A stretch of 64,000 nt of DNA from an uncultured Bacteroidales bacterium. GTDB lineage: Bacteria; Bacteroidota; Bacteroidia; Bacteroidales; UBA932. The stretch is from NCBI GenBank assembly GCA_945948555.1, contig CAMFBM010000003.1, positions 7,839 through 71,838 of the forward strand. The letters run 5' to 3'. A program made the position numbers and the translations under genes. Below, in pieces: positions 1 through 9,477 of this stretch. Numbering within the stretch: the first letter of the stretch is position 1; each line of letters starts with the position of its first letter. The notes under the pieces are model-generated. The model was not told the origin of the DNA and searched no databases. It saw only the letters and a program-made list of their open reading frames with translations.

Positions 1-431
1 TGAAGAAAGATGTGGCAAAGCTTGGCCACGCTGACGACATCGTTACAGTAGCGACAGGTTATGCTGTCAACTACCTCATCCCTCAGGGATATGCAATCCT
101 CGCAACTCCTTCCGCAAAGAAGATTCACGCTGAGAACCTCCGCCAGAGGGCTCACAAAGAGGCTAAATTCCGTGCTGATGCAGAGGCTCTCGCAGCAAAA
201 CTCGCCGAGACACCTGTAAAGGTTTCTGCAAAGGTAAGCGAAAGCGGCAAGATCTTCGGTTCAGTTACCACAGCCCAGATTGCAGAGGCTCTCGTTGCCG
301 CAGGTCTTCAGGTTGACAAGAAGGACATCACCCTCGAGTCAGACATCAAGGCTCTCGGAACTTTCGAGGCAACTGTAAAATGCTACAAGGACATCAAGGG
401 AACAGTTTCCGTTGAGGTTGTTGCAGAATAA
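1..431 (+). CDS. rplI: 50S ribosomal protein L9 (5' end lies before the window)
   Basis: Frame is open from position 3 (KKDVAKLG...GYAVNYLIPQG); C-terminal GKIFGSVT and IKALG motifs are typical of L9. Confidence 0.95.
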   Translation, partial: KKDVAKLGHADDIVTVATGYAVNYLIPQGYAILATPSAKKIHAENLRQRAHKEAKFRADAEALAAKLAETPVKVSAKVSESGKIFGSVTTAQIAEALVAAGLQVDKKDITLESDIKALGTFEATVKCYKDIKGTVSVEVVAE

Positions 432-454
432 TTTCCGGTTTCGGAAAATATCAG

Positions 455-482
455 GCCGATCCCTGCGGGGTCGGCTTTTTTT
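455..482 (+). terminator. Intrinsic terminator after rplI
   Basis: GCCGATCCC-TGC-GGGGTCGGC hairpin followed by a T run. Confidence 0.8.
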
Positions 483-522
483 GTGCATGGAGATTTTTAA
501 GATTGATTTTTGTCCTTGCAAA

Positions 523-1641
523 TCACTCTTCTTCCGGAAGTTCCGGGACAGCTCCGGCGTATTTGCGCCATTTGTCGATCAGGGCCTGCATGTCGTCTGG
601 GATAGGGGAGTCGAACTGGAGATGCTCTCCGGTGCTCGGATGTATGAAGCCCAGGGTCTTGGCGTGGAGGGCCTGGCGCGGGAGAATCTTGAAACAGTTG
701 CTGATGAACTGGCGGTATTTCGCGTAGATTGTGCCCTGGCGGATTTCCGCTCCGTCATACCTTTCGTCATTGAAGAGGGGGTGGCCGATGTAATTGAAAT
801 GAACCCTGATCTGGTGTGTCCTGCCGGTTTCCAGACGGCATTCCACCACTGTGACGTAGCCGAACCTCTCCAGGACACGGAAATGCGTGACGGCGTGTTT
901 GCCTCTGTCTCCCTCGGGGAAGACCTTGAAACGCATCCTGTCGGACGGGTCCCTGCCGATGTTTCCGGTGATTGTCCCCTCGTCCTCGCGGATGTTTCCC
1001 CAGACTATTGCGATGTAGATTCTGTCGATTGAATGGACGAAGAACTGACGGGCAAGTTTCAGCTGCGATTCCTCGTTCTTGGCCACCACGAGCAGTCCGG
1101 AGGTGTCCTTGTCGATTCTGTGGACCAGCACTCCCATCCTCTCATCCGGCGCATCGGCCTCCTGGCTGATTCCGAGATGATGCGCAAGGGCATTCACGAG
1201 GGTTCCGGAGAAATGCCCGTGACCCGGATGGACCACCATTCCGGCCGGTTTGTTCAGGACCAGCAGGTCGTTGTCTTCGTAAACTATGTTAAGAGGGATG
1301 GCCTCAGGCTTTATTTCAAGGCCGCGCCTCTGGTAAGGCATCACGAAGGTGACGATGTCTCCCGGGCGGACGATGCAGTTGGCTTTGGCGGTCCGACCGT
1401 TGACTCTGATGTATTCCTGTTTGATTGCGAGCTGGATACGGTGGCGGGAGGTGTACTCCATGTGTGTCGCAAGATACTTGTCAACACGCATCGGAGCCTG
1501 TCCCTTGTCAAGGACAAACCTGTAGTGCTCGAACATATCTCCGCTCTGCTCTTCATCTGAATCTTCCGGGTTTCCGGAGAAATCTTCGAGGCTGTCTTCG
1601 AGGAGTTCCTCGTCAAGGATGTCACCGTAATCGTTGTTCAT
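523..1641 (-). CDS. rluD: RluA/RluD-family 23S rRNA pseudouridine synthase with S4 domain
   Basis: S4-like RVDKYLA segment, NKPAGMVVHP, catalytic HRIDKDTSG, GRTHQIRVH and QALHA motifs. Confidence 0.9.
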   Translation of the reverse strand: MNNDYGDILDEELLEDSLEDFSGNPEDSDEEQSGDMFEHYRFVLDKGQAPMRVDKYLATHMEYTSRHRIQLAIKQEYIRVNGRTAKANCIVRPGDIVTFVMPYQRRGLEIKPEAIPLNIVYEDNDLLVLNKPAGMVVHPGHGHFSGTLVNALAHHLGISQEADAPDERMGVLVHRIDKDTSGLLVVAKNEESQLKLARQFFVHSIDRIYIAIVWGNIREDEGTITGNIGRDPSDRMRFKVFPEGDRGKHAVTHFRVLERFGYVTVVECRLETGRTHQIRVHFNYIGHPLFNDERYDGAEIRQGTIYAKYRQFISNCFKILPRQALHAKTLGFIHPSTGEHLQFDSPIPDDMQALIDKWRKYAGAVPELPEEE

Positions 1642-1685
1642 TGCTCAAGTTTGTGATTGTCTGGCGCTCAAGTGTTGCAGTTCTG

Positions 1686-2489
1686 TCAGTCAATTGTGAT
1701 TTCCTGGACCGGTACTGCAGGCACCTTGTTCTTGTCAAGGGTAAGGAAAAGGCTGACTCCCGTTCCCATCAGGCATTCTTCCTCCTGAGGGGACTGTCTG
1801 TAAACCATTGCATTGAGGGAATCGGAGTAGTCTTTCACAGTCTGGTCGAAAGTCAGGCTCCTGATGTTGAGGTACCTGTCGTGCACGGCATCAACTGCAT
1901 TCAGGTATCTTGAACCGATCACGCACGGAATTACGGTCCTGTCATCAGAGGGGTTCAATCCCACCACCAGGTCGATGACCGATTCGCTTTCCACCTGTAC
2001 GCCGGGCAGAATTTCCTTGTCGGACATTATCTGTTTGAGGACATTGTTGGTCGCTATGTCATTGATGTAAATCAGCCTTCCGAGATGGAGGCCGCGTGAA
2101 AGCAGTTCGGCCTTTGCCTGCCTCATGGAGTAGCCGACAAGGTTCGGCATTGTGACACTCTTTGGGGTGACTGCATTGATGGTCAGAAGAATCCTGCGAC
2201 CTTTCTTGACGTGGCTCCCTGCCTTGGGATTCTGACGGTAAACGTCTCCGCGTCCCATTCTCTTTACATAGACTGAATCGGTGACCTGGATGCGCATTTC
2301 GTGTTGCTGTGCCACCATCTGTGCCTCATTCACACTCAGATTGGTGAAGTCCGGGACGATGATTTCGTGATTGTGTTTGGTGACGACCTTCAAAAGGATT
2401 ATTGCTCCCGCCATCAGCACGATGACCAGGGTCAGGGCCAGCAGCAGGTTCTTTACTATCCAGTTGTGGAAAAATCCGCTTTTGCTCAT
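1686..2489 (-). CDS. PASTA-domain membrane protein
   Basis: N-terminal TM helix, then three repeats starting VPDF / MPNLVG / IPCVIG. ATGA overlap with the upstream LysE gene. Confidence 0.85.
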   Translation of the reverse strand: MSKSGFFHNWIVKNLLLALTLVIVLMAGAIILLKVVTKHNHEIIVPDFTNLSVNEAQMVAQQHEMRIQVTDSVYVKRMGRGDVYRQNPKAGSHVKKGRRILLTINAVTPKSVTMPNLVGYSMRQAKAELLSRGLHLGRLIYINDIATNNVLKQIMSDKEILPGVQVESESVIDLVVGLNPSDDRTVIPCVIGSRYLNAVDAVHDRYLNIRSLTFDQTVKDYSDSLNAMVYRQSPQEEECLMGTGVSLFLTLDKNKVPAVPVQEITID

Positions 2490-3127
2490 AATAACTGAAG
2501 GATGAATTTGTAAATGCCTTCGCAGAACAGGGCTATGCCTATGACTATCACGATGATGCCTGTGATACGGTTAATCCAGAGGATGGTCCGGAGCCTGAAC
2601 TTTTTCCTGAAATGGTTCAGTATTGCCGTGATTGAGAACCACCATGTCGTCGCCCCGGCAAAGACGGCCAGGATGATTGCAACCATGTTCCACGCATTGT
2701 GGTCAGGAGAAGATCCGATTCCGAAGAATGCGAAAAGTCCGAAAATCACAATGATGGCTCCGGGATTTGAAAGTCCCATTATCAGTGCCTGCCCGAAATC
2801 CTTGAATGAGACCAGCCTGCCTGACTTGTTCCTGAGTCTTTTCAGGGGATTTGACCTTGACATCGTCAAGCCGAGGATTGCCACGATGATGCCTCCGACT
2901 ATGAGGATGACCTCCTTGTGGCTGTCAATCATCTGCTGGGCGATTGAAAGGGCGAAAAGCGCCACGACGGCAAAGAGCGTGTCCACGATGCAGGCCCCCA
3001 TCCCGGTGGTGAATCCTGCCTTTCTGCCGACACTTAAAGTCTTCTGTACCACAAGGATACCTATCGGCCCAATTGGAGCAGACGCGCAAATCCCGATGAT
3101 GAAGCCTTTCAAGATGTCAGTAAGCAT
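2486..3127 (-). CDS. LysE/RhtB-family transporter
   Basis: GFIIGICASAPIGPIGILVVQKTL and LSNPGAI motifs; about 6 hydrophobic helices. Start set at MLTDILKG (track start is 3220). Confidence 0.85.
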   Translation of the reverse strand: MLTDILKGFIIGICASAPIGPIGILVVQKTLSVGRKAGFTTGMGACIVDTLFAVVALFALSIAQQMIDSHKEVILIVGGIIVAILGLTMSRSNPLKRLRNKSGRLVSFKDFGQALIMGLSNPGAIIVIFGLFAFFGIGSSPDHNAWNMVAIILAVFAGATTWWFSITAILNHFRKKFRLRTILWINRITGIIVIVIGIALFCEGIYKFILQLL

Positions 3128-3247
3128 TGGTCTTTTACTTTGTATGATAGTACATAAAGCCTGCAAAAATACTAAATAAATTCCTATATTTGCCATCCTT
3201 GTCGGATAAATCTTTTGCATACCGTAGGAATTTCGTGATATAGGAAT

Positions 3248-4843
3248 ATGAAACAGGTTAAAATGTTGATGTGGGGTTTTGTCCTGCTGTTTTCAGTCTT
3301 GATGTCCATCCCTTTTCTTGTACCGCATTGCGGCTTTGTCGTCTTGTTCGGGATTGTTCCTCTGCTTTGTCTGGAGAGGATTGCGACATTGTCCGGGGTG
3401 AAGAGGGTCTGGATATGGCACTATTCGGCATTTTTCCTGTGGAATGCCTTCACGACATTCTGGGTCTGCAACGCGACTGTAGGGGGAGGAATCTTCGCAA
3501 TTTTTGCAAATTCCCTCCAGATGTCCCTGGTTTTCGGAGCATTCAGACTCAGCCGCAAACGCCTTGGCGGAGTGCTTCCCTACATCTTCCTGGCAGCTTT
3601 GTGGATTGCTTGGGAACGTTTCTATTTCGATGCGGAAATCTCCTGGCCGTGGCTGGTGCTCGGGAACGCCTTTGCAGGGAGTCCGGGCTGCATCCAATGG
3701 TACGAGTACACCGGAACCCTCGGTGGGTCGCTCTGGATATGGGCATCCAACCTGGGCATTTTCGGCCTGATGGTCTGCCTCTCGGACGGGTCCTGGCAGC
3801 GTTTCAATCCGAAAGCCAGGGCGGCCTGTGTCTGCGGGCTTCTGGTTCTTCTGGTCGCGCCATTTGTTGTTTCCAAGGTTATATATGAAAGATATGAGGA
3901 ATCTGACGATTCTTTGGAAATATGTGTCCTTCAACCGAATATTGATCCCTACAACAAATTCGGAGGGATGGATCGGGAGAGTCAGGACGCCCTGCTGGAA
4001 GGGATGATGAGAGGGGTTGTCAGCAGGGATGATTCCACGGGCAGACTCCTTTTCATCGCTCCCGAGACATTCACGGACAACGTGGTCGTAGGAGACTGGC
4101 AGTCCAGCACGACAATCAGGAGGTTCGACAGATTTCTTAAGCAATATCCATCCTGCGGAATTTTGTTCGGAGCATCCACATATTCCATATTTCCTTCATC
4201 TTCAAGACCTTCCTACACTGCAAGAAGGATAAGGAACGGGCAGTGGCTGGAGTCCCACAACTCCGCCATAATGATGGAGTCCGGACAGGAACCGGAGATC
4301 TACCACAAGAGCCGTCTGGTGGTCGCTGTCGAAAAGACTCCTTACCCGGCACTGTTCTGCAGGATAGACGACTGGCTGGGGGGAGTGATGGGTAGGTGCG
4401 TGGGACAGGACAGCATCAGCCTTCTGCATTTCAACGGGATTCCTGTCGGATGTGCAGTGTGCTATGAGTCGGTTTACGGGGAGTTCTGCACGGGCTATGT
4501 CAAGGCTGGGGCCCGGCTGCTGACCGTCATTACCAACGATGCCTGGTGGGGTGACACACCGGGATACCGCCAACATCTCAGATATGCCTCCTTGAGAGCC
4601 ATCGAGACAAGACGGGACATAGCAAGGTGTGCAAACACAGGCATATCCGCAATAATAGACCAGCGTGGAACCATCCACGAGAGGACCGGCTGGTGGGAGC
4701 AGGAAATACTCGGCGGCAGGGTCAATCTGAATGACAGGAAAACATTCTTCGTGACCTATGGGGACATTGCCGGACGCGTCTGCTCGTTTGTCGCCCTGCT
4801 TCTTGCCGCCCTCTTCCTTGTCCGTATTATTACAATGAAATAA
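3248..4843 (+). CDS. lnt: Apolipoprotein N-acyltransferase
   Basis: Multi-TM N-terminus, LQPNIDP, nitrilase-fold triad PETF / YHKSRLV / VCYES, TNDAWWG and RCANTGIS. Confidence 0.92.
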   Translation: MKQVKMLMWGFVLLFSVLMSIPFLVPHCGFVVLFGIVPLLCLERIATLSGVKRVWIWHYSAFFLWNAFTTFWVCNATVGGGIFAIFANSLQMSLVFGAFRLSRKRLGGVLPYIFLAALWIAWERFYFDAEISWPWLVLGNAFAGSPGCIQWYEYTGTLGGSLWIWASNLGIFGLMVCLSDGSWQRFNPKARAACVCGLLVLLVAPFVVSKVIYERYEESDDSLEICVLQPNIDPYNKFGGMDRESQDALLEGMMRGVVSRDDSTGRLLFIAPETFTDNVVVGDWQSSTTIRRFDRFLKQYPSCGILFGASTYSIFPSSSRPSYTARRIRNGQWLESHNSAIMMESGQEPEIYHKSRLVVAVEKTPYPALFCRIDDWLGGVMGRCVGQDSISLLHFNGIPVGCAVCYESVYGEFCTGYVKAGARLLTVITNDAWWGDTPGYRQHLRYASLRAIETRRDIARCANTGISAIIDQRGTIHERTGWWEQEILGGRVNLNDRKTFFVTYGDIAGRVCSFVALLLAALFLVRIITMK

Positions 4844-4864
4844 GAAGATTTCAACCTTTCCCCG

Positions 4865-7800
4865 TCAGCGCTGATAGCCCACAGGCAGAACCTTGATGAA
4901 CTGGTGAACAAAGAGATTCCAGTCGGCAATCATCCTTGCGGCGATGACACTGCCGGTGTGCTTGTGGTGTTCCTTAATCAGTTCGTAGAGTTCCTCCCTG
5001 TCCTCATTCTCCTCGATGAGTGACAGTTCGACCATATCCATATTGCAGTAATAGTCGAAGTCTCCGTCAGGATTCCAGATGTAGGCAATTCCTCCGCTCA
5101 TTCCCGCGGCGAAGTTTCTTCCGGTCTTGCCGAGCACGACGACCCTTCCTCCGGTCATATATTCGCAGCAATGGTCTCCGACACCTTCCACAACAGCGCA
5201 GGCTCCGCTGTTCCTGACGCAGAACCTCTCGCCGACCTGTCCATTGATGAACATCCTGCCTCCTGTCGCTCCGTAGCCTATTGTGTTTCCTGCAATGATG
5301 TTGTCCTGTGCGCTGAATTCGGCCTCCTCGTCAGGGACAACGATGATCTTTCCTCCTGAAAGACCCTTGCCCATGTAGTCGTTGGCATCTCCCTCCAGTC
5401 TGAATGTCAGACCCTTGCACAGGAATGCCCCGAAACTCTGTCCTGCGGAACCTCTGAAAGTGACCGTAATGCAGTCTTCCGGAAGCCCGGCCTGTCCGTA
5501 GAGCCTTGTGACATGCCCGCTCAGCATCGCGCCAACGCTCCTGTCTGTGTTGAGAATCTGCACCCCGAGACTGATTTTCCTTGCCGCAAGGATGGCAGGC
5601 TCGATCATTGACATCAGTTCCCTGTCCTTGATTTCCCCGATTCCGTGTTCCTGAGGTGAGGTGAATACTCTTGAGTTGCCTCGTGCATTCTCCGGAATGT
5701 GGAGGACGCGGTCAAGGGACACCTTGTTGGCTTTTGCCCCGGCGGGATACTGACGCTTGTGCAGGAGGTCAGCCCGGCCGATTATCTCCTGGAGGCTGCT
5801 GTAGCCCATCTGTGCGAGATATTCCCTGAGCTCCGTTGCGATGAACCTGAAATAATTCTCAAGATGTTCCGGCTTTCCTGAAAAACGTTTCCTCAGATCG
5901 GGATTCTGTGTGGCAATGCCTGCAGAACAGGTGTTCGTGTTGCATTTGCGGCACATCAAGCAGCCCAGGGCAATGAGGGAAGCCGTTCCGAATCCGAATT
6001 CCTCGGCCCCGAGAAGCGCCATGAAAAGAACATCCCTCGCGGTTTTCATTCCGCCGTCCACCTGAAGCCTTACCTTGTCCCTGAGATTGTTCACCACCAG
6101 GGTTTGCTGCACCTGTGCCAGGCCTGTCTCTGCCGGACCTCCCGCGTGCTTGACCGAACTTGCAGGGCTAGCCCCTGTGCCTCCGTCGCCTCCGCTGATG
6201 AGAATCACGTCGGCCTTTGCCTTGGTCACTCCTGCTGCAATCGTGCCCACACCTGCCTCTGAAACGAGTTTTACGCTGATTCTTGCGTCACTGTTCACGT
6301 TCTTCAGGTCATAGATGAGTTGCGCAAGATCCTCGATGGAATAGATGTCGTGGTGAGGAGGAGGGGAAATGAGGGTGATTCCCGGGATGGACCTGCGTGT
6401 CCGGGCTATGAGCTCATCCACCTTGAAGCCGGGAAGCTGGCCTCCCTCTCCCGGTTTTGCCCCCTGTGCAACCTTTATCTGGATTTCCTCGGCGTTTACA
6501 AGATAATAGGTGTCAACTCCGAAACGCCCCGAGGCCACCTGCTTGACCGCGCTGGCCATCGACCTGCCGTCCGGCAGGGGAGTGTTCCTGTCAGGGTCCT
6601 CACCGCCTTCACCCGTGTTGCTCTGGCCGTGGAAGCCGTTCATTGCAAGGGCAATTGTCTCGTGTGCCTCCTTGCTGATTGCTCCAAATGAAATTGCTTC
6701 TGTAACAAAGCGTTTCATGATTTCCTCCGTGCTCTCCACGAGGTTGATGTCAATCGGCTCCCTGTCACTTTCAATCTCCATCAGGTCACGCAGATAGATT
6801 GGGGTCTCCCTGTTCTGTGCGGCACGGCTGAACTCCTTGTAGGAGTCGTAGTCGTTCTCCCTGGCAGCTTTCCTGAGAGATTTGATTACTAATGGATTCC
6901 ATGCGTGGTACTCGCCGCCCTTTCGGTAGGCGTAGGTACCGAAGTCCTCAAGCGCATCCGGCTGTTCCGTACCGAATGCCTCCCTGTGAGCCGAGAGCAC
7001 GTCCGCGGCGATGTCCTCGATGGTGATTCCCTCGATCTGGGAGATGCCTCCGCCCATATATTTGTCAAGTACCGATGAACTGACTCCGAGGCTTTCGAAA
7101 AGGGTGGCACCCCTGTAGCTGCGGATTGTGGAAATTCCCATCTTTGAGAGAATCTTCAGCATGCCCTTGTTGATGGAGCGGATGTAATGCTCCTCGGCTG
7201 CAGGATAGTCGAGCTGGATTGAGTTGTCCCTGACAAGCTTGTCGAGTATGGCAAAAGTCATATAGGGGTTGACCGCACTTGCCCCGTAGCCCACCAGAAG
7301 CGCCACCTGGGTCACCTCGCAGACCTCTGCGGATTCCACGATGATTGCTGTCTGAGCCCTTTTCATGCAATGGATGAGGTGATGGTGAACGGCTGCAGTT
7401 GCCAGCAGGGAAGGAATCGGGGCATGTTCCCTGTCAACGTTCCTATCGCTGATTATGATGTAGTTATAGCCTGCATCGACTGCCTTGGCAGCATCCCGGC
7501 AAAGTCTTGAGATTGCCGCTTCCATAGCTTCCGACCCGCCTTCCGCCTCGAACAGCATCGGGAGGGTGATTGTCCTGAATCCCTTGTAGCGAAGGTTCTT
7601 CAAGGTCTCCAGCTCGTCATCGGAAAGGATTGGAGAACTGAGTTTCACCACCTTGCACAGATCTGCGGACGGGGTCAGGATGTCCCCCTTGACCGCCCCT
7701 ATGTAACTTGTCAGGGACATCACGGTGCTTTCCCGGATTGAGTCAATCGGCGGGTTGGTAACCTGGGCGAACTTCTGTTTGAAGTAGTTGAAGAACCTCT

Positions 7801-9319
7801 GGGGCTTGTTGGAGAGCACGGCCAGCGGAGTGTCGTCTCCCATCGCGTATGACGGCTCCGCACTGTCCCGCGCCATCGGGATGATGATTTTGTCAATGTC
7901 TTCCCTGTCGTACCTGAAAGCCCTCAGGAGCCTGTCGAAATCCCTGATGGAATGTTCCATCTTCCTTCCGCTCCGGATTTTGTTGAGCACGATTCTTCCC
8001 GAGTGCAGCCATTCGGAATAGGGATAGGCTCCCGAAAGTTCCTCCTTGATTTCGTCGTCACGGATAATCTTGCCTTTCAAAGTGTCCACCATCAGGATTT
8101 TCCCGGGCTTCAGTCTTCCTTTCGAAGCAATATCCTTCGGAGCTACCCCGCAGACCCCTGTCTCGGATGCCATCACGAGCATCCCGCTCTTGGTGATGAA
8201 ATAGCGGCAGGGCCTTAGTCCGTTCCTGTCAAGCATACCTCCGGCATATCTTCCGTCGGAAAAGATTATCGTGGCCGGACCGTCCCACGGCTCCATAAAG
8301 ATTGAATGGTATTCGTAGAAACATTTCAGCTTGTGTCCCAGAGGATTGCCCTCCTTGTAACTTTCCGGAATCAGCATCGCGAGGGAGTGGGGAATGGAAT
8401 ATCCCGCCCTAGTGAAGAACTCCAGCACATTGTCGAAGGATGCGCTGTCGCTCATTCCGGGTTCTATTATCGGGCTTATGCAGTCGGTAATCTTTCCGAG
8501 ATTTTCAGTTTGAAGCAGGGCTTCACGTGACTTGATCCAAAGCCTGTTTCCCTTGATTGTGTTGATTTCCCCATTGTGCCCGATCATCCTGAAAGGCTGG
8601 GCAAGACTCCAGGTCGGGAAGGTGTTTGTGGAGAACCTTGAATGGACCAGGGCTATTGCACTCGTGAAATACGGGTCTGTCAGGTCAGGGAAATATTCGC
8701 GCAACTGGCGGGAGGTAAGCATCCCTTTATATATGAGCGTGCTGGTGGAGAGACTCGCGAAATAGCACCCTCCCTTGTCCTTGATCGACGATGCCGCCAC
8801 ACGGTGTTCAATCTCTTTTCTTATAAGGTAGAGCTTGTCTTCAAGCATATTCCTTTCATCACATCCCACAATGAAAATCTGCCGGATGTGCGGCTCTGTC
8901 TCCCTGGCCATATCTCCGAGGATTCCGCTGTTCACGGGAACTTCCCTTGTGTGCATTATTCCAAGACCGGCAGCCCTCACGCATTCGTCGATGATTTCCG
9001 TGAAAAGGGCGTCATCCCTCGCATCTTTTGGAGAGAACACCATTCCGACTCCATATCTTCCCTTTTCAGGGACGGGAATCCCGTGAAGCAAGATGAATTC
9101 GTGTGGAATCTGGACCATTATGCCGGCACCGTCACCTGTCTTTGAGTCGCCGCCTTCCGCGCCTCGATGGGCCATGTTTTCAAGGACCGTGAGTCCTTTC
9201 TCTATGATTTCGTGATATTTGCTACCGTTGATATTCACGACAAGTCCGACGCCGCAGGCATCGTGCTCAAAGTCTGGGGAGTATAGACCGTGAGCCTGAA
9301 ATTCAGAAAGTTCGTTCAT
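4865..9319 (-). CDS. gltB: Glutamate synthase large (alpha) subunit
   Basis: HDACGVG (Cys1 amidotransferase), HSRFSTNT, HNGEINT, IKVAQGAKPGEGGQL, the 3Fe-4S motif CLMCRKCNTNTC and a GXGXG beta-helix. Start at MNELSEF fits a -7 box at 9340-9347. Confidence 0.96.
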   Translation of the reverse strand: MNELSEFQAHGLYSPDFEHDACGVGLVVNINGSKYHEIIEKGLTVLENMAHRGAEGGDSKTGDGAGIMVQIPHEFILLHGIPVPEKGRYGVGMVFSPKDARDDALFTEIIDECVRAAGLGIMHTREVPVNSGILGDMARETEPHIRQIFIVGCDERNMLEDKLYLIRKEIEHRVAASSIKDKGGCYFASLSTSTLIYKGMLTSRQLREYFPDLTDPYFTSAIALVHSRFSTNTFPTWSLAQPFRMIGHNGEINTIKGNRLWIKSREALLQTENLGKITDCISPIIEPGMSDSASFDNVLEFFTRAGYSIPHSLAMLIPESYKEGNPLGHKLKCFYEYHSIFMEPWDGPATIIFSDGRYAGGMLDRNGLRPCRYFITKSGMLVMASETGVCGVAPKDIASKGRLKPGKILMVDTLKGKIIRDDEIKEELSGAYPYSEWLHSGRIVLNKIRSGRKMEHSIRDFDRLLRAFRYDREDIDKIIIPMARDSAEPSYAMGDDTPLAVLSNKPQRFFNYFKQKFAQVTNPPIDSIRESTVMSLTSYIGAVKGDILTPSADLCKVVKLSSPILSDDELETLKNLRYKGFRTITLPMLFEAEGGSEAMEAAISRLCRDAAKAVDAGYNYIIISDRNVDREHAPIPSLLATAAVHHHLIHCMKRAQTAIIVESAEVCEVTQVALLVGYGASAVNPYMTFAILDKLVRDNSIQLDYPAAEEHYIRSINKGMLKILSKMGISTIRSYRGATLFESLGVSSSVLDKYMGGGISQIEGITIEDIAADVLSAHREAFGTEQPDALEDFGTYAYRKGGEYHAWNPLVIKSLRKAARENDYDSYKEFSRAAQNRETPIYLRDLMEIESDREPIDINLVESTEEIMKRFVTEAISFGAISKEAHETIALAMNGFHGQSNTGEGGEDPDRNTPLPDGRSMASAVKQVASGRFGVDTYYLVNAEEIQIKVAQGAKPGEGGQLPGFKVDELIARTRRSIPGITLISPPPHHDIYSIEDLAQLIYDLKNVNSDARISVKLVSEAGVGTIAAGVTKAKADVILISGGDGGTGASPASSVKHAGGPAETGLAQVQQTLVVNNLRDKVRLQVDGGMKTARDVLFMALLGAEEFGFGTASLIALGCLMCRKCNTNTCSAGIATQNPDLRKRFSGKPEHLENYFRFIATELREYLAQMGYSSLQEIIGRADLLHKRQYPAGAKANKVSLDRVLHIPENARGNSRVFTSPQEHGIGEIKDRELMSMIEPAILAARKISLGVQILNTDRSVGAMLSGHVTRLYGQAGLPEDCITVTFRGSAGQSFGAFLCKGLTFRLEGDANDYMGKGLSGGKIIVVPDEEAEFSAQDNIIAGNTIGYGATGGRMFINGQVGERFCVRNSGACAVVEGVGDHCCEYMTGGRVVVLGKTGRNFAAGMSGGIAYIWNPDGDFDYYCNMDMVELSLIEENEDREELYELIKEHHKHTGSVIAARMIADWNLFVHQFIKVLPVGYQR

Positions 9320-9339
9320 GTTCAGTTCGTTTATTGTCA

Positions 9340-9347
9340 CAAAGATA
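9340..9347 (-). promoter_or_regulatory. Bacteroidota -7 promoter box for gltB
   Basis: TATCTTTG on the minus strand, 20 nt upstream of the proposed ATG. Confidence 0.6.
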
Positions 9348-9421
9348 TATAAAAAAGCGTGATTGCTGTAATTGTTGAGAAGAAATTGCAAAAAAAAGTT
9401 GTTTATGTGGTTGATGGATAT

Positions 9422-9429
9422 TAAATTTG
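9422..9429 (+). promoter_or_regulatory. Bacteroidota -7 promoter box for the OmpA gene
   Basis: TAAATTTG about 48 nt upstream of ATG 9478. Confidence 0.55.
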
Positions 9430-9477
9430 CGTCTTTGATTGTGAAGAAGTATACAAGTTAAAGTTTATATTATCAGT

